Part shown: positions 31,628-41,856 of the stretch, one piece after another
How positions within the stretch are numbered: position 1 is the stretch's first letter
Layout: each line of letters starts with the position of its first letter
Program-made: the position numbers and the translations under genes
Origin: a virus
Lineage: Duplodnaviria > Caudoviricetes
Direction: 5' to 3' (one strand)
DNA: 64,000 bases
IMG/VR virus record: IMGVR_UViG_3300010354_000082
Coordinates: 814 to 64,813 of that record
Notes under the pieces: model-generated
What the model was told of the DNA's origin: nothing
The model's database searches: none
The model's input: the letters and a program-made list of their open reading frames with translations, nothing else

Positions 31628-33912
31628 AAGCTCTAATTCGCAATGTGGAAAATTTTCTGAGAATAGAAAATCCGCCTTTCAGAGATGCTGCTATCTTCGA
31701 AGAAGATCAAGTTAGCAAGATAAGGTTCACCATCAGATTCGCTTTCAATGCAGTGATCGCTGCAAATGACGGAAACCCCACTGTCAAGCTAAGACTTCTT
31801 AGGGCGCAATCCTCTCCTTCGAAATCCTTGGCAGCATCGAAATATTTTTCGCTTAAAACCATAGGAGAAAGGGCGAAATTCTACTCCGAGATGGACGGCT
31901 CAGATGTCATCTACAAACAAGACTTCAACATTCTCAGATCGCTACCAGACGACAAGTTGTCGTCTCTAAAAAATGGACTCCCCATCAATTACGAATACAC
32001 TACCAGCGTTCAAGTTGTCTCCGATTCCCTAGAAACAGAGAGCGAAGACCCACTTGCAACCAGAAAGTATCTGATTGGTCTACTAGAAAAGGGAATTGAT
32101 CCTGCAGCAATAAGCGAAAATTTTCCTGTCATTGACGCCACAAGGGGAATCGAAGATAAGCATACTGCTAGTAGAGAGTCGAACTACACGAGACAAGTTG
32201 AGAAAAAAAGCTCACAAACACTGAGCAGCGTCAACAGTGAATTTGCTCTTTTTGAACAAGAGGTCGTTATGGATCTCGATAAATTTTCTAAAGCAACAGT
32301 CTACGAATTTTTGTATGCTGGATTTCGAGAAAGAAGGCCCACAAGAAGTAGAGTTCTCATCAACGTTGACGCTTCCAGTATCATAGCAAAAATTCGCGGA
32401 TACACCGAGACGACTCAGACTAAATCATTCGAGAAAAGAATAGACTCTGTTTATGCAATCGTTCCTGACGCATTCACCGAAGCAAGACTCTCAGTTCCTA
32501 AGATTAGCAGAGTTGTCAAGTTGCTAGACTCAGGAGAGTATTCTACAAATTTTACAGGATTGATATCAGGTCGCCCGTCTTCTTCAAATGGAAGAAGCAA
32601 ATTCACTGCAAGGCAAGAGCCCGACATCTTTCCGTTCTACATTCAGGAAAACGCTGGTGTAGTTGAAGCAAAGATAGACAGACTACCACCTGAAACGATA
32701 AGAGTCGATGTTCTTGCCAGAGTCTTGTCAGCAGGACAAGGAAGATATTCAATAGTCGGAAGCTTATCAACAGGATTCTCAAGCTCCGTATCTATTCCCC
32801 TCAACCTTTCAGCGAATGACACGAAATATGAAATCAGAATTGCTGCTTGTGACATTCATTCGAGAGTAACGCAGAGTAGCAACTCTATCATCTATGATAG
32901 CAAGCGAACATTTTCCGGAGCGACCCTGTCTGTCACGTCACCAGAAAGCGCCGGACAAAAAAGGAAAAAAGTTTTTGTAAGTGCTACTCTCACGTCATCT
33001 GGAAGACAAGACCTCGTCAATATCATCGAGCAATTGAACTCCGCCGGGATAAGCAGCGACATAATCGCGTCGATAAAGAATGATCCAACATCATACTCAC
33101 AAATTTTCTCATTCAGAGCTGAAATCATAACGCTTTCCGACGGAAAGCAGACGTTTTCGCAAGAATTCTCGCCTGGAAATGCTGCGGCTGCTGTTGAATA
33201 CTCGTTCAACTCAACTGATCCAGTTGGGACTGTTCTCACAATTTCTCTTGGTATGAAGTCTCCTGATGCACTCGTACCTGCACAATCTAGATACAGATTC
33301 GGAAAATTTGCAGGCAGGTTTAGACAGTCTCAGCCATCAGCTGCTTCTATTGAAAGAAATCAAAAGTCTGGTGAAAGCTTCGATTACGTTGACACAGGAA
33401 TCAAAAAGACAATTTTGATATCGGATTCAAGTCAGCCAGACACCATCAGCAACATAGAGGTCTCAAAAACATTTCGCAGCTCCGTTCTTCTAAGCTGGAA
33501 GTATGATGGACCCGTTCGAGAAGTAGATCACTTTCAAGTCTTCGGTTCGTACGAAGGGTATGAGTGTTTACTGGGCTGCTCTTTTCTTTCTCTTTCCTTC
33601 GAAGACAAAATTCTTGCGAATAGAGTCGGGTCTGTCACCTACAGCGTAAGACCGATCTTTCTCAACATGGTCCCAGGAAATCGAGCGTCGATAACTATCA
33701 AGAATGAAAAATCTCTACCAGACATACTAGACAGCACGTTCTCACAAGGAAAATCTTGGTTGCCAATTACTTACGAATCAGAGAGAAAAAAGCAGGCAGA
33801 GTCTGATTTTGAAGTGAGACAATCGCAAAACGACCTTGTAGTGTCGCCAAACTCCATAAAAAGAAAATTTGTGCAGCGAGTTCCTGCAAGAAGCAAAGGA
33901 GGACCAAGCTAA
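31624..33912 (+). CDS. hypothetical protein with FN3/Ig-like segments
   Basis: 762 aa; VLLSWKY...DHFQVF...FED...VTYSVRP; AT-richer DNA. Confidence 0.55.
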   Translation: MKALIRNVENFLRIENPPFRDAAIFEEDQVSKIRFTIRFAFNAVIAANDGNPTVKLRLLRAQSSPSKSLAASKYFSLKTIGERAKFYSEMDGSDVIYKQDFNILRSLPDDKLSSLKNGLPINYEYTTSVQVVSDSLETESEDPLATRKYLIGLLEKGIDPAAISENFPVIDATRGIEDKHTASRESNYTRQVEKKSSQTLSSVNSEFALFEQEVVMDLDKFSKATVYEFLYAGFRERRPTRSRVLINVDASSIIAKIRGYTETTQTKSFEKRIDSVYAIVPDAFTEARLSVPKISRVVKLLDSGEYSTNFTGLISGRPSSSNGRSKFTARQEPDIFPFYIQENAGVVEAKIDRLPPETIRVDVLARVLSAGQGRYSIVGSLSTGFSSSVSIPLNLSANDTKYEIRIAACDIHSRVTQSSNSIIYDSKRTFSGATLSVTSPESAGQKRKKVFVSATLTSSGRQDLVNIIEQLNSAGISSDIIASIKNDPTSYSQIFSFRAEIITLSDGKQTFSQEFSPGNAAAAVEYSFNSTDPVGTVLTISLGMKSPDALVPAQSRYRFGKFAGRFRQSQPSAASIERNQKSGESFDYVDTGIKKTILISDSSQPDTISNIEVSKTFRSSVLLSWKYDGPVREVDHFQVFGSYEGYECLLGCSFLSLSFEDKILANRVGSVTYSVRPIFLNMVPGNRASITIKNEKSLPDILDSTFSQGKSWLPITYESERKKQAESDFEVRQSQNDLVVSPNSIKRKFVQRVPARSKGGPS

Positions 33913-36900
33913 ATGGCTGTCAGCAAAGTAACAGTTGGATCTCTAATAGCAGTCCAGTCCGACAAGCAGATAATTCAGCAGCTTCCTCTGGAAAGTTTAC
34001 CAGAAAAATCATTATCCACTGCGCTTCCGCCGAACGTTCCCATTCAAGCAGACTCATACTTCGCTAGAGAATCTATCGGTTCTGTAGCTACGGAGTCGAG
34101 CTTTGGGATAACTTTAAGAGACACGACTAGCATTCCTCTACAACCAGCAGTCAATTCTGTCGGCAAAGATTTCTCGCTTTCCGTTGAAAGACCACACATT
34201 CTCGTGACGGCCGATATCACACCTTCTTTTTCTGCAGAAGACAGAGCCAGTGCTGTCGAGTCTATAGAACAAAGTCTTGATGTTCTCAGGATAGATCAAG
34301 ATCTAAATGACGCAGACTATGCATATCTAATGGGTAAAATAGAGAGTGAGAATGAAGGCACAATTGCAGATTTGAAAGACGCGCTTTCAAAGACCCAAGA
34401 AAATGTTGAGAAATTTCTTGACTCAATCTCTAGAATGTCAGCAGCAGGGTCTGAGTTCTCTTATAGAATGGATTTTACGAAGAATTGGGAAAATTTTGTA
34501 GACAACGTAAATGAAAAAAGAAAGAGATACTCAAGTAGATTCGACAGTCAGCAAGAAGCAATTTCTTTCGACAAGGAAAAAGATACCAGCAGCTCGATAA
34601 TTTTGAAAGTGCAGAATGGTCTGAATGCTATTGATACAACAAGACCAGAAGCCGAAGTTATTCAACGATTGATCAACGAAGGAACGGTTCATTCAACGTT
34701 GACAGTTACTACAGTAGCGGGCTCTAGTTACGATTCTTTGAATTCTCTGCAAAAATTTGCCGTGTGCTGTGAAGTCATTTCGAAATTGTTCTCATCAGAA
34801 TTCACACGCCTAAAATTCGGTGAGAGATCTTCACGAAATGTGACCCTTCCAATAGCTGCAGATTCTCGAAATCGTAAATTGCTGTTTGAAAGCAAGAACT
34901 TTCTACTTGATGAAAACTCTGGCCCTTTATCATCGGGACGCGCTTTGTTGAACGTCGCGAATAGACACTCCACACTAGATCTGCAGGAAGCGTTAGCATC
35001 ATCCATCAGGGATTCCATCGATAGCTACGAGTCTTCTTCGTCATTGAATGAGACGATCAACAATTACGATTCCATTGCTTCTCCAATACTCGAGTCAGCA
35101 ATTCGTAGCTCAACAAACAGTGCTTCATCTTTGAAAAGAATATCCGAAATCTATGATTCGATAGACGAAATTACAAGACACAAGCTTGCAACGGGTTTCC
35201 CAAGAGAGTCTTGCACGTCAATTGATCTCTTCCTGGAGTTTCTTTCATTTTTGAGTGATTGCTTTCCTTCATATCGGGAAAGCAATTACGATACATCATT
35301 CGAAGAATATGAGATGATCAATGCTTGCCTGATTTCTCTTGGGACAAAAAGGAGCGGAGCGGACGAACAAATATCAGGACTCGTCAGAGGAATTTTGCTT
35401 GCCTCTGCTCTCGATGATGAGTATTCATGGGCAGAGCCCGTTGCTTTTGATACGGTCACAAATATTGAAACTGTGACATCTGTGGATGGAGAAGAAAAAA
35501 GATCGCAAACAGCAACTGGTCAAGTAACTTTTCAAGGCGGTAATCCCAGCGTTTCAAAGAGCTTCTTTTACGGTCCACTGTATGGAGAGGAAAAGAGAAG
35601 AAAATTGATTCCACCAATGTCCAGAGCTTTTGCATCTGAATGGCTCAAAAACGCAGACGAGGCCGCGATAGACGGCGACGGTTACTTTCCAAGATTTTTT
35701 ACTTACGGGATATCAGAAAGAACAGATTTCGATGAGATAAGAAGAAGCAAGCAGAGTAATACTTCCGTGACAGTCGAAGTAAGAACTTCGCGTGGAGGGT
35801 TGAGCTATGAGCTGCCGGGAAACAGCAGAACATTTTTCAACAAAAACTTGCCATATGATGAAGCTAGAATTCTTTACGTTGACAGAGGGCGTAGAGAAGG
35901 AGAGTTAGACGAAACCAGAAGCGTCACTGTTGCTCCGCTCGACAAGCTCGAGCTCGCAATGAAAGTCTTCGGAAAGTCCAGAAAAAGCTTGCTGTCAACG
36001 TCAATTAAAGACTTGTACTCAAGGATCGTAAAAAAATTCAACGAAGCTTTCAAACTGCAAGATCAACCGAGCTCTTTCTTAGAACCGCAGACAAAAAATG
36101 TCATATCAAAAAACTCGGTCTACGATCTCATTTACGAAGCAATCGCAAACCTGGTGTTGTATTTTGTGGATCCTTCAACGACTTTAGACGCATATCAAGG
36201 AACAACTACACGTTCGAGCGAATCTGAAATCACAGCAAAAATTTACTACCACCCAGGTTACTATCGGGTCGTAAGAGAGTCGACAGTCTCGAACCCAGAC
36301 GCAACAGACTACTACGCTTGGTGGGAAGCAAAAGATTCGTTGTGGTATGCGGAGCAACTGTCAAGCATTGCTGGAGATGTGTCGTCCAGACTTAGCGATC
36401 TGGAATCATCCAGAACTCGCACTTTTGGAGAAACATCATTCAAGACTCAAATTCCGTTCGTGAACGACCTGACCAACAAAACAGTAGTCGATACTCAGTC
36501 GAAATACACACCAGTCGCGATACTTCAACTGGTCAGCGAAATCGCCAATTCATCAGCTTCAATTCTTGAATCTACTATCAATAGAGAGCTAAAAGTTCTG
36601 AAAGAAACTGATATCGCGCTAACGCAAGAAGAAAAAATCGACTCTCTAAAGAGTCTGACGCCAGCTTCAGTCAGCGCCTCACGCCTGAAGTACCACATGT
36701 CCAGAAAATTGACGATGAGAGAATTCGAAAATCGTATTGAGAAAAAGTCTGTCCTGCTGGACATATCGGCTGCAAAATGGTTTTTTAATTGCTTTCAAGA
36801 GACTACCGATGTTTCCAGAGTAATTGCTGTCGGCTTACCCCATGGATTCTATGACAAGATTTCAAGACAGGCACTGGAAGTCAATTCTTTTGATCTGACT

Positions 36901-38106
36901 TTGAAAAACCCTGACAAGACTAGAAATTATCGCTACTACAAAGTCTCTGCAGATGTCCAGTCGATGTTAAGTGAAGCGAACACTAGAACGACTGGAATGC
37001 TAGCAGCATTTCATCCGTACATTCACATCGAACAGTACGATCTCTTCACTGATGAAGATTTTGTAGACTTCGGACAGCCAGGCTATGAACTTTTGGTCGT
37101 GCTAAGACTCGGTAGAAGGTTCAACATCTACCATTACGACGTCTTGAATGGAAAGTGGAAACTTTCGACTTTGCCGGAGCTATCGGATTTTTTGTCATCC
37201 ATCGGAATAGTGAATGCCGAAGAGCAGCAAAAAATACTGTATTGTCATGTAATGGACTCTGTTCTAAGGTCGACATTCAGGATAACATCTGGTATGGAAA
37301 TTTCTGCAGATTCTTTGGGAACTCCATTAAGAGAAGGCAGCAGAAGCGATATGAACGTAGCTTTGCGAATAATGCAATCTGGATCAGGGACTCTGATACC
37401 CAGAGGAAACATGAAAGCAGCAGATTTTTTGACTCGGAATTTGAACGGAAATTACGGAATAATTCCATACTCAAGACTTAGAGGAGAGTCGATGAATTCG
37501 ACGAATCCTTCCGATCACAGTCTTCTTGTTAGATTCTTGAAAACAAGAATCTTCACGAAGTCTTCTCTTCCAAGAGAAGTCATAGTTCCTTCCGCTTTCG
37601 AAAGAGTCTACTTTTTCAACGTCTTTACGTTGATCCCAATAGACGCAGCTATTCAAATTTCGTTCGAGGCAGAGGTCCCGAGAGAAGCTGATGTGGGAAC
37701 AGGAAGCAGAAGGAATAGAAATGGAAATAGACTTTCGCAAGAGTCTTTCAGTGACTTGAGCATTGAGACAGAGTCAACTGCTACCGAAGAGTTGACCAGA
37801 AGACAGCTGGAAATAGAAAAAATTGAGTCTGAAATTGAAGCAGGAAACTTTACAGGTGGACGTGGCTCTCAACCGGGTCCACGAACCCCCATGGGTCTTC
37901 CACGTCCACGAATTCCCAGCGACTTCGTGGAAGACGATCCACGCAATGTCGGTTCAGGTCGCAGCGACCTGAACATTCAGGAATTTATCAGCGACGGCGG
38001 CGCGGCAGGCAATAGCCTCACGAATAGAGATCGAAATAGCTCACGTGGTAGCGGTTCAGCATCCGCCGGCGGAGGGCCGAGCAATCCTGGAACTGGCAGA
38101 ATATGA
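33913..38106 (+). CDS. very large hypothetical protein (1397 aa)
   Basis: Long ORF, no recognisable motif, AT-richer, low-complexity G/S/R C-tail. Confidence 0.6.
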   Translation: MAVSKVTVGSLIAVQSDKQIIQQLPLESLPEKSLSTALPPNVPIQADSYFARESIGSVATESSFGITLRDTTSIPLQPAVNSVGKDFSLSVERPHILVTADITPSFSAEDRASAVESIEQSLDVLRIDQDLNDADYAYLMGKIESENEGTIADLKDALSKTQENVEKFLDSISRMSAAGSEFSYRMDFTKNWENFVDNVNEKRKRYSSRFDSQQEAISFDKEKDTSSSIILKVQNGLNAIDTTRPEAEVIQRLINEGTVHSTLTVTTVAGSSYDSLNSLQKFAVCCEVISKLFSSEFTRLKFGERSSRNVTLPIAADSRNRKLLFESKNFLLDENSGPLSSGRALLNVANRHSTLDLQEALASSIRDSIDSYESSSSLNETINNYDSIASPILESAIRSSTNSASSLKRISEIYDSIDEITRHKLATGFPRESCTSIDLFLEFLSFLSDCFPSYRESNYDTSFEEYEMINACLISLGTKRSGADEQISGLVRGILLASALDDEYSWAEPVAFDTVTNIETVTSVDGEEKRSQTATGQVTFQGGNPSVSKSFFYGPLYGEEKRRKLIPPMSRAFASEWLKNADEAAIDGDGYFPRFFTYGISERTDFDEIRRSKQSNTSVTVEVRTSRGGLSYELPGNSRTFFNKNLPYDEARILYVDRGRREGELDETRSVTVAPLDKLELAMKVFGKSRKSLLSTSIKDLYSRIVKKFNEAFKLQDQPSSFLEPQTKNVISKNSVYDLIYEAIANLVLYFVDPSTTLDAYQGTTTRSSESEITAKIYYHPGYYRVVRESTVSNPDATDYYAWWEAKDSLWYAEQLSSIAGDVSSRLSDLESSRTRTFGETSFKTQIPFVNDLTNKTVVDTQSKYTPVAILQLVSEIANSSASILESTINRELKVLKETDIALTQEEKIDSLKSLTPASVSASRLKYHMSRKLTMREFENRIEKKSVLLDISAAKWFFNCFQETTDVSRVIAVGLPHGFYDKISRQALEVNSFDLTLKNPDKTRNYRYYKVSADVQSMLSEANTRTTGMLAAFHPYIHIEQYDLFTDEDFVDFGQPGYELLVVLRLGRRFNIYHYDVLNGKWKLSTLPELSDFLSSIGIVNAEEQQKILYCHVMDSVLRSTFRITSGMEISADSLGTPLREGSRSDMNVALRIMQSGSGTLIPRGNMKAADFLTRNLNGNYGIIPYSRLRGESMNSTNPSDHSLLVRFLKTRIFTKSSLPREVIVPSAFERVYFFNVFTLIPIDAAIQISFEAEVPREADVGTGSRRNRNGNRLSQESFSDLSIETESTATEELTRRQLEIEKIESEIEAGNFTGGRGSQPGPRTPMGLPRPRIPSDFVEDDPRNVGSGRSDLNIQEFISDGGAAGNSLTNRDRNSSRGSGSASAGGGPSNPGTGRI

Positions 38107-38118
38107 TCGGAGAATGAA

Positions 38119-39786
38119 ATGACATCAATCAAGTCCAACAAATCGATTATCAATTCGCTATTTTCGTCGCCTTCAAATCTCAACGTAAGATTTGACTACT
38201 TGAAATATTCTGCTGACGAGACAATTAGCGAATTTGCCGAAGGGCTCAGAAAAGTGAGCTTGTCATTCGGAATTCCGCCAGCGATGAATGTTGACTCTAC
38301 CGAAAGATGGAAAGAATTTTTTCAAGGCACACCAATTCATAGAATCGGTGATTTATCTTCAAATTTGTTCACGTGTCTCTCGGTGAAAGACACAGCTCTT
38401 CTTAAAAGAGCGCAAGATTCTTTTTTGAGATCTTGCAAACTTAGATCGATTGCAGGCAGTCTCAGTGATAAGTCATATGCTCTCTCAGCAGAACTAAGTC
38501 TCGAACGCAATGGACCGTCTTCTGAAGAAATACAAGCGATTGCATCCAGCGATCAATCTCGAGGGTTGATCTACTATAGTGTTGATAGAGTCATTCAATC
38601 GACAAGATACTCTAAGGCAAACGGAATACATGTCAGCGCTACGATAAGCAACAAAGTCATTCATGAAATTGCTTACAAAACAGAAGAGATAAACTACAAA
38701 ATCTCTCCTACTTCGATAGGTTTGCTGGCAAACGAATCTACTTTACAGAAACAGTCTGAGGAGAGAAGCAGGGGCAGCTCTTACTTTCCAGGAGAAATAG
38801 AGACGTATTTCGAACCAACAGAAAGAGCTGCTCCAGAAGAAATAACTTTGATCTGCTTCTTGATAGAGAGGTCTGAAAATCTGACTAGCGGAGAGAAGAA
38901 CAAAGTTCTTTTCTATTCGCCTCCGACTGTAGGGCTATTCGTCGATACGAGCGTAAGATACGGCTCATCGTACACTTACACCGTAAGCGCAGTCTACTCT
39001 GCAAAGGTAGAATCTATTTCACCGTTGAGTGACTCTTTAGAAGAGTATGAGATTCTTGTAAGTTCTCTTCCTTCCAATGTCGCTACCATTTTCACGATTG
39101 AGAAAGTGCCGCCCCCGCCACCAGTAGATATCAGATTTAGATTTGACCAGACTAAAGGCGAATTTTCTGTAAGCTGGGAGTTCCCGGTCAATAGACCACA
39201 GGACATTACAAGATTTCAAGTCTTCAGGAGAAGAGACGAAAACGAACCGTTCTTGCTTTTGAAAGAGTTTGACTTCGACGTCAGCGAGAGAACTTTTTAC
39301 AGACCCGACGCGCCGCTTCAAGTGAATGTTGCTAGATCAGAATATCCAGTTCGTCGATTTATCGATAGGGACTTCGGTAGATCTTCGAGATACATCTACG
39401 CAATCTGCAGCGTAGATGCTCACGGATACGTTTCTAATTACTCTTCGCAGTATGAGGTTTCTTTTGACGTGAGAAATCGAGGACTAAGAGTCAAATGTCT
39501 CTCTCCGTCAGGCGCTCCGCGACCGTATCCCAACATGTATTTCGATACTATCACGCCCCTTGTCGAAGACTCGATAACCCGAGGTAATATTTCATCAGTA
39601 GATTTTGTTTTTGACCCCGAATACCTCACTGTGCTAAAGAGAATGAGAAGCATGAATTTTTTGAAGTATTCTGACGAAGCAAAATACTACATGAGCGTCC
39701 TAGATACTACAAGAGCGGAACAGATCTCTGTTCCTATCGAAATCGTAGAAGACAGAATAGACCCGCCATCTGCGGACGCCATTTGA
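38119..39786 (+). CDS. FN3-domain hypothetical virion protein
   Basis: FVDTSVRYGSSYTYTV; PPPPVDIRF...VSWEFP...RFQVFRR...FIDRDF...YIYAICSVDAHG..SNYS. Confidence 0.6.
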   Translation: MTSIKSNKSIINSLFSSPSNLNVRFDYLKYSADETISEFAEGLRKVSLSFGIPPAMNVDSTERWKEFFQGTPIHRIGDLSSNLFTCLSVKDTALLKRAQDSFLRSCKLRSIAGSLSDKSYALSAELSLERNGPSSEEIQAIASSDQSRGLIYYSVDRVIQSTRYSKANGIHVSATISNKVIHEIAYKTEEINYKISPTSIGLLANESTLQKQSEERSRGSSYFPGEIETYFEPTERAAPEEITLICFLIERSENLTSGEKNKVLFYSPPTVGLFVDTSVRYGSSYTYTVSAVYSAKVESISPLSDSLEEYEILVSSLPSNVATIFTIEKVPPPPPVDIRFRFDQTKGEFSVSWEFPVNRPQDITRFQVFRRRDENEPFLLLKEFDFDVSERTFYRPDAPLQVNVARSEYPVRRFIDRDFGRSSRYIYAICSVDAHGYVSNYSSQYEVSFDVRNRGLRVKCLSPSGAPRPYPNMYFDTITPLVEDSITRGNISSVDFVFDPEYLTVLKRMRSMNFLKYSDEAKYYMSVLDTTRAEQISVPIEIVEDRIDPPSADAI

Positions 39787-39843
39787 GCCAAGACTCGATT
39801 TACAATCTCTACGCGAGTTGAAAAGTAGAGGATAGGAAAGTCA

Positions 39844-40551
39844 ATGGGTTTTCTAGACAATTCGAACGCCAACATCATCGTCGACGCGGTCCTCACGGAT
39901 CTCGGCAGGCGTCTCCTCGCAGCGAACGACAACTCTTTCTCTATTCGGAGGTTCTCTCTCGCGGACGATGAGGTCGACTACGGGATCATCACACAGTTCG
40001 GTCTTTCGGTGGGCAAGGAGAAGATCGAAAAGAACACGCCGATTTTCGAAGCCCAGACAAATGCAGACCTCGCTCTGAAATACAACTGCGTCTCTCTCAG
40101 CGCCGTTGCACTGACGGCCTATCCGACCCTGTCTCTCGCCAGCACTGGCGGAGCCACTATTACGGGTAATGCAGTGAGTATCATTGCGTCATCGGTCCAA
40201 CCATTCACGCAGGTGCAGGTCTCGCAAAATCCTCCTTCCGGCCTTGCAACAGTGAGCAGCGAACTGAGAGAGGACGGTTTCTACGTGAAAGTCAATCGTA
40301 GATTTCTTTCTCTTGGTTCTCGACCCGAATACTCGCAGCCGAACGGAGTCGACGTGTACCTATCGACGGCTACCAACGGAAGCTCTGGTAATCCGACTTC
40401 GACATTCAGGCTCGCAACGGTTCTCGCCAACACGAGTACCGACTTCACTACATTCGGCAACGGCTCGACAATCATCACACCAGTCAAGATCGTCGGGGTG
40501 AGGACGGGCATCACGATAGACCTCAACGTCAGCATCGCCAAGAGCAGCTGA
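39844..40551 (+). CDS. baseplate/tail protein (tail-collar-fibre N-terminal-like)
   Basis: MGFLDNS..IIVDAVLTDLGRRLLA...FSIRRFSLADDEVDY. Confidence 0.65.
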   Translation: MGFLDNSNANIIVDAVLTDLGRRLLAANDNSFSIRRFSLADDEVDYGIITQFGLSVGKEKIEKNTPIFEAQTNADLALKYNCVSLSAVALTAYPTLSLASTGGATITGNAVSIIASSVQPFTQVQVSQNPPSGLATVSSELREDGFYVKVNRRFLSLGSRPEYSQPNGVDVYLSTATNGSSGNPTSTFRLATVLANTSTDFTTFGNGSTIITPVKIVGVRTGITIDLNVSIAKSS

Positions 40552-40566
40552 TCGGAGTCATAGCAG

Positions 40567-41847
40567 ATGGCAATTTTCAAGGATCTCGACATCAGCACAG
40601 ACATCACGACTGCGAGAACACAGCTCGCGCAGCTCGTGGACATCGTGCAGCAGGACATTTCCGGATCTAGCACGAGAAAGCAGTACGCGATCTTTGTCAC
40701 TGCGTCATCCGACTCGGTCCAGACTTACTCGGTGACGTCATCGCTCTTCCAGACTGTCTACGATCAGGACTACACGTTGCAGGTCTCTAACGCGATGTTC
40801 GACCTCACCGTGGGACTCTTCTACAGCGGCTCGACAGTCCTCACTGCGTCATCGGGCATCGACTCCAACGGCAAGCGTCTCTTCCCGTCGACGTCTCTGA
40901 TGATGCGCGAGAAGACCGAGATGTATCGCCTCTTTGCTGGCAAGCTGCTCGGTGACTCCGACTCCTCTTTCTTTGCTCCCGTCTCATCGACAACGACGAC
41001 TGATAGGATCGACGAGGCGCTCTTCATCTCTTTCAAGAGACTCTTCTCTCGCGACGGAATCCGACGCAACACTTTTGCGATGCGCTTCTATTCTTCCGGT
41101 ACTCTGGACGGTAGCCCCGACGCCACGGCATACGAAAAGCTGCAAACCAACGGCTACACGGGCAGCAACCTCACCAGCACGTCAATTTCCGGCAGCTCGA
41201 TCTTCACGGACTCCACGGAGGCGTCCAACCTGCAGACTCTTTTCGGCGGCAGAGTGGGATCGATCGTCAATGCTGCAAACACCGACCAGAAGGTCGGGCT
41301 CCTGTGGTACGATGCGGGCGTCGCAGTCCTCGATCTCAAGAAGGTCTGTTGGTCGACGCAGCACGTCTCGGGTGTCATCAGCGCAGTGACGGGCGCGACA
41401 GCTCCTGCGCTGAGCAACCAGACAATCATCGGTAGCGGAGCGTTCCCGTCTTCCAATCCTTCTGCGACTCTCATTCCCGACCTGCTCGTTTCCTCTTCGA
41501 TGGATGATCTCGCGAACTACTTTGCAACGACCCGATTCCAGAGCGGCTCTCTCACGGGCATCACGTTTCAGAACGAGACTTCCATCAACAGCACGCTCTT
41601 CTTCTGCAGGGCAAACGCTGACGAGTTCAACTACTCGAACAACCCGACATACTTCAACGATGCTGGCGAGCTCGTAGTGATGAAAGCCCAGAGCACGTCT
41701 ACGAATAATCAAGTTCCGTTCACGTATCCGACGACCATCGGTCTCTACGATGAGCAGAACAGGCTTCTCGCTGTTGCCAAGTTCTCTAGACCCATTGAAA
41801 AGAACGCTGAGAAGGACCTCACGGTACGCGTAAGGCTCGACTTCTGA
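40567..41847 (+). CDS. virion baseplate/tail protein
   Basis: C-terminal FFCRA...EFNYSNNPT...YPTTIGLYD..NRLLAVAKFSRPIEK...VRVRLDF. Confidence 0.65.
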   Translation: MAIFKDLDISTDITTARTQLAQLVDIVQQDISGSSTRKQYAIFVTASSDSVQTYSVTSSLFQTVYDQDYTLQVSNAMFDLTVGLFYSGSTVLTASSGIDSNGKRLFPSTSLMMREKTEMYRLFAGKLLGDSDSSFFAPVSSTTTTDRIDEALFISFKRLFSRDGIRRNTFAMRFYSSGTLDGSPDATAYEKLQTNGYTGSNLTSTSISGSSIFTDSTEASNLQTLFGGRVGSIVNAANTDQKVGLLWYDAGVAVLDLKKVCWSTQHVSGVISAVTGATAPALSNQTIIGSGAFPSSNPSATLIPDLLVSSSMDDLANYFATTRFQSGSLTGITFQNETSINSTLFFCRANADEFNYSNNPTYFNDAGELVVMKAQSTSTNNQVPFTYPTTIGLYDEQNRLLAVAKFSRPIEKNAEKDLTVRVRLDF

Positions 41848-41856
41848 GGGGGCCTC

